Source: Macrostomum lignano (lineage: Eukaryota). From it: a DNA stretch of 64,000 bases. Below the pieces are notes generated by a model, which had not been told where the DNA came from, ran no database searches, and saw only the letters and a list, made by a program, of their open reading frames with translations. A program made the position numbers and the translations under genes. Shown piece by piece: positions 10,579 to 21,632 of the stretch (position 1 is its first letter; each line of letters begins with the position of its first letter). The DNA lies in contig NIVC01003669.1 of assembly GCA_002269645.1 (NCBI GenBank), positions 1 to 64,000 on the forward strand, written 5' to 3'.

Positions 10579-12099
10579 CCTTTGCCGCCTTTGCCAGCCG
10601 TGGCCGCCGCGGCCATCGCCTCCTTCACTTTGGGATCCTCAATCGTCTTCCTGGTGATGACGAACCGGAACTCGTGCTGGCCGCGGTTCTCGATCTGGAA
10701 GGAGCGCGTCTTCCTCGACTGTACCATCACGGCGCCGAAGTTGAGATCGGCCGACGGCGCGATGACGAACTTGGAGTAGACGGCCTGGGCGCTGACCTTC
10801 ACCGGGATGGAGGCGATGAGTTCGCCGTTGTCGCCAAGAGACGGCTCGATGACCTCGCAGAACAGCAGCTCCTGCAGTTTGACGGCCACCTCACGGTTGG
10901 ACCGGAAGGTGATGCCGATCGGCACGGTGCGGTCGTTGGGCTGCAGGATGCCCGCCGCCGGCTGAATGTCGAACAGCTCCTCCAGCTTGATGGGCGCTTT
11001 GCACCGCCGGCAGTTGCCGGAGGTCTCGTCAGTGCGGCAGCGGCACTTCAGCACGAAGCGGTAGCGGATCTCGTAGCCGCCTTTGTTCTTCAAGCTCAGC
11101 TGCACTTTCTCCTCTTCGCCGACTTTTTTAACGCCGAAATCGACCGAACCGTCGTTGCCTTTGGGGAAGCTGAGGTCGATGGCAACGTCGTAAGCCTCGG
11201 CCGAGATGTTGACCGTCAGGGTCTCGAGCACGCCAAGGATGTTGTCGACGTCGAATGTCTCGATTCGAATGGAGCGCTTCTGGCTCAGTTTATAGGGCCG
11301 CATCGCCCGGAAGAAAAAGTTGACGCAGCCTTCTGACTTTGGCTCCAACGTGCCGGAGTCCTGATTGACCGAGAAGTCCTCTCCGAGCACCTCCAGACCG
11401 GAGATTCGCCAGTTGATGGGCAGGGCGGTCTCGTTCCGCATGAACAGCTGCTTGACGTCCTTGCGCTGGAGCAGCACCTTCTCGAACTGCAGCGCCGTTT
11501 TGTCCAGCAGCAGCTTTGGCCGCACGCATTCGCAGGCCAGCCTGAGCAGGATTGGCTCCGGATTCTCGCGGACGCAGGCCACGATGGCGTCCTCGTAGCG
11601 GAGCTCTTTGAGCGGGTGCGCCCACACGGTGAGCGGCTGCGACTCGCCCGGGGCCAGAGTCATCGCCGCCGGCTCGAACGAGAATGTCTCGCCTTTGACG
11701 TCGTTCAGCAGGCAGAAGTTGATGTCAGCCTCCATGGGGCTGGAGTTGTGTATGGTGAAGGTCTCGCGGTTCTCCGGATAGACGCCGTCCTTGATTTTGT
11801 CTTTGGTTTTGCCAACCAGCAGCGGCCCGAACTCGAACACCTCGGTGGCCAGGATGTACTTTTTGCTGACCACCTCGTCCTTGGCTTTGGCCTTCCTGCG
11901 CTGCGGGAACAGAATCCTGGGCTCCCGGCTGATGGTGGGGAAGGCGCACAGGCCGCGGCAGAAGAGCTGGTAGCGGGTGCGCCAGCCCTGGATCTCGAAG
12001 TTGAGCGTCTGGTCGAACTGGCCCAGCTCGTCCGACATGAATCGGGTGCGGATTCTGACCACCCCGTTCGGCGGGATCACCCAGCGGTAGGTGCCGATC
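10579..12099 (-). CDS. HYDIN: Hydin exon 20 (YRWVIPPNG...FGPLL.GK...AEAYD..DLSFPKG...)
   Basis: Long ORF with many Hydin motifs; phase 2->2. Confidence 0.95.
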
Positions 12100-12375
12100 C
12101 TGCCGCGGGAATTTAAAATAAAAGAGCAGTGTATTTAAACAAAATATTGATTGTTATAAATCAACTCAAATTTAAAAACATGGACAATAAAGTTGGAAAT
12201 TCGAAGAAAACACAAAAACAAGCGTAAAAAAGAAAAAATTTCAAATAAAAATGTGGCACCAGTTTAATTTAGATTCTAAAAGTCTATCAGCTGAAAAAAA
12301 AGTTACAGAAATACTTATGTACGAGCTATCCGATTAAAAAAAACGAAAGACCACAGATACTAGAGTAACTCGACG

Positions 12376-13403
12376 GGCCTTTCAGCACATTTGTCTGTAA
12401 GCTACTTCAGTTCAGTAGTAAGTTAAACAGAAGCATTTTATTGTAAGATATTTTTAAAGCCAAGGCTCAATTTATTGGCTCTTATCCCCAGCATAAAACC
12501 TCCAATCAAGCCTTTCCACACGGGTACCTCTTATTTCGCCGATTCTCGTTTCGCCGAATCTCATTTCGCCGATTCTCGTTTCGCCGAAATTAATTTCATA
12601 ACCATCTGGATATTAGACCATAGACAACTACACTAATGCAAATGTGATTTAGATGTCTACAATGGCTTGAAAAATAAAATATTGTATTAGTAATATTGCG
12701 CGAGTATTTACCTACCATAGCCTTTTCGCAGCTTAATTTCGTTAGCTTACCAGCATTACGAGCGTAGTTTTAACTCATTCAATTCAGAAGCAATAAAATC
12801 ACTTATTTATTTCACCAGAAAAGCCACGTCCACCAGAAACGATTTCAATCGGCATTTTTGTATTTCACAACCTCCTACCATACATATATACCACTGGCTA
12901 TAGACTTTTTACCATAGACTATGCAGAAGGAAGAATTCTTAATTTTAACTTGATTTTTTAAGCCATAGACATCTAAATCACATTTGCATTAGTGTAGTTG
13001 TCTATGGTCTAATGTCCAGATGGTTATGAAATTAATTTCGGCGAAACGAGAATCGGCGAAATGAGATTCGGTGAAACGAGAATCGGCGAAATGAGAATCG
13101 GCGAAATGAGAGGTACCCTATCCACACTACCCCCGCCCCGCCACCAAATTTTGATTGCCTTTCTCGGAATTCCAGCCTAAGGCTGCCATGTACATTTCAG
13201 CGGACTGGCTAATGTACATTATTGCTGAACCAATTAGCAAGCTGTTTACGCCTGCAAGCTTGGGCTTCTAAACTTATCAAAGTCATTTCAGCTGCCTTTA
13301 TTTTTATAAAATAGCTTATGTATTCTTATTTGCTACTGAACTGACAGTAGAAAGCTGTTTTACTAAGTATATATGCCTGAGTGGCCCATCTAGTTATTTT
13401 AGT
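12376..13403. repeat. Dispersed repeat, copy 2 (interrupted by a foldback MITE)
   Basis: Reverse complement of 2533-3215. Confidence 0.8.
12522..13118. mobile_element. Foldback/MULE-like MITE, about 150-165-bp TIRs containing 15-bp subrepeats
   Basis: GGGTACCTCT...AGAGGTACCC termini; (TTTCGCCGATTCTCR)n within the TIRs; 9-bp TSD TTTCCACAC/TATCCACAC. Confidence 0.8.
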
Positions 13404-13694
13404 ACGAGCTATCTGTGCGAGAGACCAAGCAACAGAAAATATAGTTTTTGCTGCAATAAAAGACACAACGGAATTGTAGAAAAAGAAAAGCAAAAAGTCA
13501 AGCCAGCTCATATAAGAGTAAGACTTCAGATTATAATTTTGCAAAGTCCAACAATCGAGGCTTACGGAGGCTCCGGCTTATCAGCCTCGGCTTCGTTCGG
13601 GGCTCCGGAACTAAGGCAATGCGCGGTTTGGGGTCAGGTAGGGCAGTTAGTCACAGGTGAGAAAGGATACACCTGTACTTGATAATAAGCTTCC

Positions 13695-14270
13695 CTACTC
13701 ATCCGTACTCAAGAGTAATCTTCCCTACTCATCTGTACTCAAAGAGTAATCTTCCCTACTCATCTGTACTCAAAGAGTAATCTTCCCTACTCATCCGTAC
13801 TCAAGAGTAATCTTCCCTACTCACTTACAGTATACTCAAGAGTAATCTTCCCTACTCACTTATACTCAAGAGTAATCTTCCCTACTCACTTATACTCAAG
13901 AGTAATCTTCCCTACTCATCTGTACTCAAAGAGTAATCTTCCCTACTCATCTGTACTCAAAGAGTAATCTTCCCTACTCATCCGTACTCAAGAGTAATCT
14001 TCCCTACTCACTTACAGTATACTCAAGAGTAATCTTCCCTACTCACTTATACTCAAGAGTAATCTTCCCTACTCACTTATACTCAAGAGTAATCTTCCCT
14101 ACTCATCTGTACTCAAAGAGTAATCTTCCCTACTCATCCGTACTCAAGAGTAATCTTCCCTACTCACTTACAGTATACTCAAGAGTAATCTTTCCTACTC
14201 ATCTGTACTCAAGAGTAATCTTCCCTACTCATCTGTACTCAAGAGTAAGCCTTAACTCCCCTACTCATCT
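13695..14270. repeat. Intronic minisatellite, about 30-bp unit ACTCAAGAGTAATCTTCCCTACTCATCTGT, with higher-order repetition
   Basis: Direct reading. Confidence 0.93.
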
Positions 14271-14365
14271 GTCGATGGTTGCACATTAGTACACAATGAA
14301 GAACAGCACCGGATGTTAATAGCAGCAACAGCAGCAGTCAAAAGTCCAGAACGCAAAGCACTCAC

Positions 14366-15536
14366 CTCGGCTCCTCCTTCTTCTCCTCCTCTTCTTCGAC
14401 CTCCTCTTTGCCGGCTTTGCCGCCCTTCTTGCCGGGACTCTTGCGGGTGTCCCGCCTGGACTCGGACCTGCGGCTGCTGGACTTGGTGGACCCGCCGAGC
14501 TTGGAGCTGGACGAGTGCATGTCCTTGGCGTCCGACACCACTGAGCGGGTGTCGCTCGTCTCCTCGCCGCCTTCGCCAGCTGGATGGCCGGCAGCGGCGG
14601 CTGCGGCAGGCGGCGGAGCGTTCGGATCCTCGACCTGGGAGCCAAGAAAAGCGTAGTGACCGCCCAGGACCTCGCCGGCCAGGTAGTTCGGCGGCCGGCG
14701 CTTCTGCGGGTAAGTCACCACGCTGAACATCGCGTCAGGTGGCTGCGGCGGTCCGGACGGCCCGAGGCCGAGGCCGTCAAGGATCTCGCCGGGTTGAGGC
14801 AGCTTGCCGCACTCCAGCAGCCGCGGCCCCGGCGGGTCCTCGGGATCGCGACAGTCGACCAGCAGGTGCGGCACTCCGAGACCGTCGTCTGGACGGCGGA
14901 GCTCCCGGATGAAGCCCGGCTCCGGTGAGCCTTCGGCAGCCTCCGCCGCGGCCAAGGCCTCAGCCTGGGCGGCCGCCAGCGCCTCCGCCTCCGCCGCCTC
15001 GCGGGCCAGGCGCTCCGCTTCCTTGGCGTCCGCCTTGCCGCCCTTCTTGCCGCGCCCGCCGCCACCGCCACCGGCGCCGCCTTTCTTGCCAGACGACGCG
15101 GCGCCGCCTTCCTCGCCGCCGGCGCCACCAGCCTGGCCGTCCTGGCGTCCCTCGGACGGAGTGGCCGGCCGACGGATGGCCAGGCAGCTGCGGTCCCAGT
15201 AGGCCAGCAGGTCCGCCACGTTCTTGGCCTCGTGCTCAAACGTCTTGAACCGTTGGTGCAGCAGCCGCTCCGCCTGCTTGACGGGGTCGTCGGCCTCGGC
15301 CGCTGCCTCGGCTGCTGCCGCTGCCGCGGCCGCCTCCTCTTCGCGGAGCTCCTCGGATTTTGTGCGCTTCTTGCGCTGCTGCTGCTGCTGCTTGTCCTGG
15401 TCGGACTTCTCAGTCGCGTGGCTCTCAGGCCGGGTGTCCTCCTTGCTCTTCAGCAGCGAGGCCTCCTTAGTGGCCTCCTTGCTCTTGGCACCGGCAGCTG
15501 CGGCCGCTTTGGCCTGTTGCTGCTGGGCCGCCTTGG
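14366..15536 (-). CDS. HYDIN: Hydin exon 19 (...RFKTFE...YWDR...LGLGPSGPP...EEP)
   Basis: Conserved YWDR, LGLG.SGPP and FS(V/I)V.YP; phase 1->2, 1171 nt. Confidence 0.92.
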
Positions 15537-15548
15537 CTGGAATGGTTC

Positions 15549-15950
15549 ATTTGTAGATTGATCCCATTTGTAGATTGATCCCATTTGTAGATTGATCCCA
15601 TTTGTAGATTAATCCCATTTGTAGATTGATCCCCATTTGTAGATTGAACCCCATTTGTAGATTGATCCCCATTTGTAGATTGATCCCCATTTGTAGATTG
15701 ATCCCCATTTGTAGATTGATCCCCATTTGTAGATTGATCCCCATTTGTAGATTGATCCCCATTTGTAGATTGATCCCCATTTGTAGATTGATCCCCATTT
15801 GTAGATTGATCCCCATTTGTAGATTGATCCCCATTTGTAGATTAATCCCATTTGTAGATTGATCCCCATTTATGAATTGATCCCTTTTGTAGATTAATCC
15901 TATTTGTAGATTGATTTCATTTATGGATTTATCCCATTTATGAGTGTATC
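15549..15950. repeat. Intronic minisatellite, 17-18-bp unit ATTTGTAGATTGATCCCC
   Basis: Direct reading. Confidence 0.95.
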
Positions 15951-16053
15951 CCATTATTAATTAGTCCAATTTATCGATTGGTCACACACGTGTAGTAGCC
16001 ACATTTAATCCCATATTTCGGGAGGGAAAATAAAAATTCCCAACTAAACTCAC

Positions 16054-16339
16054 CTTTGTCATCGGCAGCGGCTGGTTTTTTCTTACGCCGACTTTTCTCC
16101 TCCTCGAGCAGGCGCATCTGCGCCTCCATCCGCTGCTGTTCCTCCTCGATTTTGCGCTGCGCCTCCTCTTTCTGCTTTCGCCGGCGCTCCCGCTTGATGG
16201 CCAATCGTTTCTCGTCCACGGCCTTCCGCTCGGCCTCGGACAACGCTTCGTACTCGTCCTCGTCCATCTCTTCCAGACGGCGTCTCTCCTCCTCGGCTTC
16301 GCGCTGCTGCCGCTCTTCCTTCTCGGCCGCTTTGCGAGC
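16054..16339 (-). CDS. HYDIN: Hydin exon 18 (coiled coil, LEEMDEDEYEAL)
   Basis: Matches MDEEEYDAL; GTGAGT donor, phase 0->1. Confidence 0.92.
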
Positions 16340-16720
16340 CTGGCAGTTTTTAAAAAACCATTTCATGCGCTAATTACACTACTGTGGACTGTGGGGCTAG
16401 TAGAAAGTAATGGATTTTGTTAGTATTTCTTTTAAAAGAGATTTTTGCTAAAATCCATGTTAAGTCTGCCACTCGCTCACTGTGGCTGCCCTAAGGGGTA
16501 GAAACAAGCCTATTCAGCTATGTACTAACCACTGTCATCTTTGCTTAACTTGCAGTGCTGAAGTCGTCATGCGCTAGCCCACTCGGCTAGGGAATTTCGT
16601 AAATGTAGATGCTCTTTTATGTGTCTGCATATGTGTACAATTATCGTTCTGTTTCATTAAAAATAGTCATCACTTTCCCTTTACTGGCTACTGTTAGTAG
16701 AATTGTAGAAAGATTTTCAC

Positions 16721-17014
16721 CTGTCGATCCTTGTAAGTGGCATAGTCCTGCTTGAGCGATACGCAGAAGATGAATTTTCGATTGTTTAAAGCTTTCAGCA
16801 CGCACTGGAGCGCCGCGGTAGCAGTTGAGCAGAACAAGGTGTCCAGGCTGTCAATCACGATGCCTTTTGAGCAGTCGTTGAGTTGGAATCTGTCCGATAG
16901 CAGTTCAACGAGGAGGTCCTCCGGCAGCACGGTGGACAGAAGGCCGTCATCGTTTGATGAGATGCTCAGCTTGCGAGCGATTGGCGCGGAGAGGGGCGGC
17001 GGACTCGAGGGGAC
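16721..17014 (-). CDS. HYDIN: Hydin exon 17 (VPSSPPP...LPEDLL...QLNDCSKG...KDRQ)
   Basis: Conserved VLP..LL...Q(L)(S/N)DC..G; 294 nt. Confidence 0.92.
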
Positions 17015-17020
17015 CTGCAG

Positions 17021-18190
17021 ATGACCAGTTGAGGAAGGGAATGACCAGTTGAGGAAGGGAATGACCAGTTGAGGAAGGGAATGACCAGTTGAGGATGGGA
17101 ATGACCAGTTGAGGATGGGAATGACCAGTTGAGGAAGGGAATGACCGGTTGAGGAAGGGAATGACCAGTTGAGGATGGGAATGACCAGTTGAGGAAGGGA
17201 ATGACCAGTTGAGGAAGGGAATGACCGGTTGAGGAAGGGAATGACCGGTTAAGGAAGGGAATGACCAGTTGAGGAAGGGAATGACCAGTTGAGGAAGGGA
17301 ATGACCAGTTGAGGAAGGGAATGACCGGTTGAGGAAGGGAATGACCAGTTGAGGAAGGGAATGACCGGTTGAGGAAGGGAATGACCGGTTGAGGAAGGGA
17401 ATGACCGGTTGAGGAAGGGAATGACCAGTTGAGGAAGGGAATGACCGGTTGAGGAAGGGAATGACCGGTTGAGGAAGGGAATGACCAGTTGAGGAAGGGA
17501 ATGACCAGGTGAGGAAGGGAATGACCGGTTGAGGAAGGGAATGACCAGTTGAGGATGGGAATGACCAGTTGAGAAAGGGAATGACCAGTTGAGGAAGGGA
17601 ATGACCGGTTGAGGAAGGGAATGACCGGTTGAGGAAGGAAATGACCGGTTCAGGAAGGGAATGACCGGTTGAGGAAGGGAATGACCGGTTGAGGAAGGGA
17701 ATGACCAGTTGAGGATGGGAATGACCAGTTGAGGAAGGGAATGACCGGTTGAGGAAGGGAATGACCAGTTGAGGAAGGGAATGACCAGTTGAGGAAGGGA
17801 ATGACCAGTTGAGGAAGGGAATGACCGGTTGAGGAAGGGAATGACCAGTTGAGGAAGGGAATGACCGGTTGAGGAAGGGAATGACCAGTTGAGGAAGGGA
17901 ATGACAGGTTGTGGAAGGGAATGACCAGTAGAGGAAGGGAATGACCAGTTGAGGAAGGGAATGACCAGTTGAGGAAGGGAATGACCGGTTGAGGAAGGGA
18001 ATGACCAGTTGAGGAAGGGAATGACCAGTTGAGGAAGGGAATGACCGGTTGAGGTAGGGAATGACCAGTTGAGGAAGGGAATGACCAGGTGAGGAAGGGA
18101 ATGACCGGTTGAGGAAGGGAATGACCAGTTGAGGATGGGAATGACCAGTTGAGAAAGGGAATGACCAGTTGAGGAAGGGAATGACCGGAT
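17021..18190. repeat. Intronic minisatellite, 20-bp unit ATGACC(A/G)GTTGAGGAAGGGA
   Basis: About 58 copies, abutting the exon 17 acceptor. Confidence 0.97.
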
Positions 18191-18506
18191 ACGAAAAGGA
18201 AGTTGACAGGTTGTGTGAGTACGGGCAGGTTGAGGGACAATATAGCAGGTAAAAACTCGCATTACAAAGCTACCGAGCGCAATTGTGAGTCGGTGACTGA
18301 AAATAGCTCCGAATACTGATACTATTTTTACGCAATCAAAAACGTTTCGATGAGTACGCAACGGCTAGTGAGATCAAAGTACACATTAAAGACTGTACGA
18401 AACAACACGATGGCGAGTTACGGCATGCGGACGCAAAAAAGGTGAAACAAAGGAAACCCGACGAGGCCAAAAGATCGGTTATTGGGGGGGGGGGGTTCGG
18501 CGTAAC

Positions 18507-18814
18507 CTGGTCCTCATCGTCTAACGCGGCGAGGGCCTCGGCTTCGGCCTCCTCGAAGTCCTCGGCCAGGCTGTCAATCTTGGGCAGATTGGCCTGAAAC
18601 CTGCCGCCGCCGCCGCCGCCGCCGCCTCCGCCTGGCTTGGCGAAGGAGGCGCGGCTGGCGCCGCCCAGCGCTGCAGTCGAGCGTCGGGCAGCCGATGCGC
18701 TGGACAGCCGCTTAACGGTTGAGGCCGTCAGCTGCGACTGCGATGTCTTCCTAGTCAGCAGGGCCGGCGCCTGCGGCTGCTTTTGTTGTTGATGATGATG
18801 TGGTGGTCGCGAGA
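18507..18814 (-). CDS. HYDIN: Candidate Hydin exon 16, low complexity (SRPPHHHQQQKQ...DDEDQ)
   Basis: Absent from the ORF track. Open frame phase 1->0, CAG acceptor, GTTACG donor, exon-like GC content. No recognised counterpart in vertebrate Hydin. Confidence 0.5.
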
Positions 18815-18849
18815 CTGTTCAGCGGCTGCTGGGTGACCGTCATTTCTCT

Positions 18850-19260
18850 CCCTACCTTTGCCTACGTCTGTCTACCTCTCTATCTGCCTCTCTGTCTACC
18901 TCTTTATCTACCTTTCTGTCTACCTCTCTATCTACCTCTATCTACCTATCTATCTACCTCTATCTACTTCTCTGTCTACCTCTCTGTCTATCTCTGTTTA
19001 TCTCTCTATCTACCTCTATCCGCCTCTCTATCTACCTCTATCTACTTCTCTGTCTACCTCTCTGTCTGTTTCTCTCTACCTCTCTGTCTACCTCTCTGTC
19101 TACCTCTCTGTCTACCTCTCTGTGTACCTCTCTATCTACCTCTATCTATCTCTATCTACATCTATATTTACCTCTCTAGCTACCTCTCTAATTTACTACG
19201 TTGCTACCTTCTGACTACCTCCTCCGTCCATCTCTATCTCAGTTTTTGTTTCGTTAACCT
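18850..19260. repeat. Intronic low-complexity array (CTCT(A/G)TCTAC-like)
   Basis: Direct reading. Confidence 0.85.
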
Positions 19261-19600
19261 CTATCAAAATGTTTACCTACTTCTCTATCCACCTCTCTAA
19301 GTACCCCTTAGTGACCGCTATGACCTCTATGACCAGTCGAGGTAGACCTACCTCAACCAACTGAACAGATCTTTAACGGTAAAATTTGTTATTTCAACGG
19401 CACAGCACGCAGTTTTATTGGAATGAAAAATGCTAGAATAACGTCTAAAAAATCCACTGATGAATTCTGCAGAAACGCGCTGCAGCTGTTTAAAACAAGA
19501 TTTACTTTTCGCGTCAACATGCACAATAGCAGCAACATTTGGCACCAAAAACCACAGGGTTTCAATTCAACAATAAAGCTAAAGAAGCTGTACAATTTAC

Positions 19601-19750
19601 CTGACTCGAGCCCAGGTCTTGGTGTGACGCCGGCTGTCCTTTGCCGGTCTTTGTCTCTCGGCCTCCTCCTTGGGCTTTCTTGCCGGCGAGGGCCTGCGCT
19701 GCGCCCATGGCAGCTGCTGCTCCCGTCACTGCGGGTTGAGAGCGACTGGA
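19601..19750 (-). CDS. HYDIN: Hydin exon 15 (frame and acceptor ambiguous; ...SHQDLGSSQ in the preferred frame)
   Basis: GC-rich, two open frames, GTAAAT donor. Acceptor is one of several CAGs at or within the end of a (GACA)n run (exon top at 19745/19750/19754/19758). Confidence 0.6.
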
Positions 19751-19769
19751 CTGTCTGTCTGTCTGTCTA

Positions 19770-19830
<61 letters not shown>

Positions 19831-19858
19831 GTGTCTGTGTCTGTCTGCCTGTCTGTCC

Positions 19859-19908
<50 letters not shown>

Positions 19909-20880
19909 GTCTGAGTGTCTGAGTGTCTGTCTGTGCCTGAGTGTCTGAGTGTCTGTCTGTCTGTCTGTGCCTGAGTATTTGAGTGTCTGTCTGTCTGTCT
20001 GTGCCTGAGTGTCTGAGTGTCTGTCTGTCTGTCTGTGCCTGAGTGTTTGAGTGTCTGTCTGTCTGTCTGTGTCTGAGTGTCTGAGTGTCTGTCTGTCTGT
20101 CTGTGCCTGAGTGTCTGAGTGTCTGTCTGTCTGTGTCTGAGTGTCTGAGTGTCTAAGTGTCTGAGTGTCTTAGTGTCTAAGTGTCTGAGTGTCTTAGTGT
20201 TTTAGTGTCTGAGTGTCTGAGTGTCTTAGTGTCTGAGTGTCTGAGTGTCTGAGGGTCTGGGTGTCTTAGTGTCTGAGTGTCTGAGTGTCTGAGTGTCTTA
20301 GTGTCTGAGTGTCTGAGTGTCTTAGTGTCTGAGTGTCTGAGTGTCTTAGTGTCTGAGTGTCTGGGTGTCTTAGTGTCTGAGTGTCTGAGTGTCTTAGTGT
20401 CTGAGTGTCTGAGTGTCTTAGTGTCTGAGTGTCTGGGTGTCTTAGTGTCTGAGTGTCTGAGTGTCTTAGTGTCTGAGTGTCTGGGTGTCTTAGTGTCTGA
20501 GTGTCTTAGTGTCTGAGGGTCTGGGTGTCTTAGTGTCTGAGTGTCTGAGTGTCTGAGTGTCTTAGTGTCTGAGTGTCTGGGTGTCTTAGTGTCTGAGTGT
20601 CTTAGTGTCTGAGTGTCTGGGTGTCTTAGTGTCTTAGTGTCTGAGTGTCTGGGTGTCTTAGTGTCTGAGGGTCTGAGTGTCTTAGTGTCTGAGTGTCTGA
20701 GTGTCTTAGTGTCTGAGTGTCTGAGTGTCTTAGTGTCTGAGTGTCTGGGTGTCTTAGTGTCTGAATGTCTTAGTGTCTGAGTGTCTGGGTGTCTTAGTGT
20801 CTGAGTGTCTTAGTGTCTGAGTGTCTGGGTGTCTTAGTGTCTGAGTGTCTGAGTGTCTGAGTGCCTTAGTGCCTGTCTGT
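19751..20880. repeat. (TGTC)n microsatellite grading into an 8-bp GTGTCTGA/GTGTCTTA array
   Basis: Direct reading. Confidence 0.95.
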
Positions 20881-21411
20881 CTGTCCGTCTGCCTTTTTGT
20901 ATACGTATCAGCATTATTTCCATGTCATGATTAAACTGTTAAAAAGTTTCAGCATCAAACAGCTGTAATAAATCAGTGCAAAGCAGCCCATTTCACCTGT
21001 TAGGATTAGTCACTCGAAAATTAGTTACATAATATCTGAAACCATTTCCCTTATTAAAAGCACAGTCGAAAGCTTTATTTGCAAAATTCGCTGTCCTTGT
21101 CAACCTGTACTACTCGGAAGTAACTTAACCGTGTAAAAGTTTGTTTTTTATTTCTACACATCAAACTTAGTCGTGAAGATTTTTGAAAGGTGAAGCAAGC
21201 AAATCATTGACATTAAGTGTAAAATTACTTTAAACCAAGGGTTATGCACTGTACTTTTACATAGTGAGTTTCTTTTTTCAAGATCGCTGTGCGCCGGCTT
21301 ACCCTTGGCTGCAGGTAGAAATTTTTAAGTTGAAAGTAATTCATAGAAAGTATCTCTGTTGTCGTTGTCATTAAATCGAGTTCTTATCTCGCTTCACCTA
21401 ATCTCTCCTTT

Positions 21412-21555
21412 CTACCCCGCAGACACCCACCTCACTCCCTCGTCCCCTGTCTATCATTTCTACCCCGCAAACACCCACCTCACTCCCTCGTCCCCTGTCT
21501 CTCATTTCTACCCCGCAAACAGCCACCTCACTCCCTCACCCCTGCCTCTCATTTT
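21412..21555. repeat. Intronic tandem repeat, 48-bp unit x3
   Basis: Period 48 (21412, 21460). Confidence 0.88.
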
Positions 21556-21632
21556 TGCCTGGCGGGCACCCTCCTCGCTCCACGCCCATTAACACATCCT
21601 GCATCGCTATCCATCGCCAACCTTTCACTCAC

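Noticed and set aside
19457-19482. Second hammerhead-like string CTGATGA-attctgca-GAAA-cgcgct
   Set aside because: No stem II pairing, no U at the NUH site and no stem I; consistent with chance.
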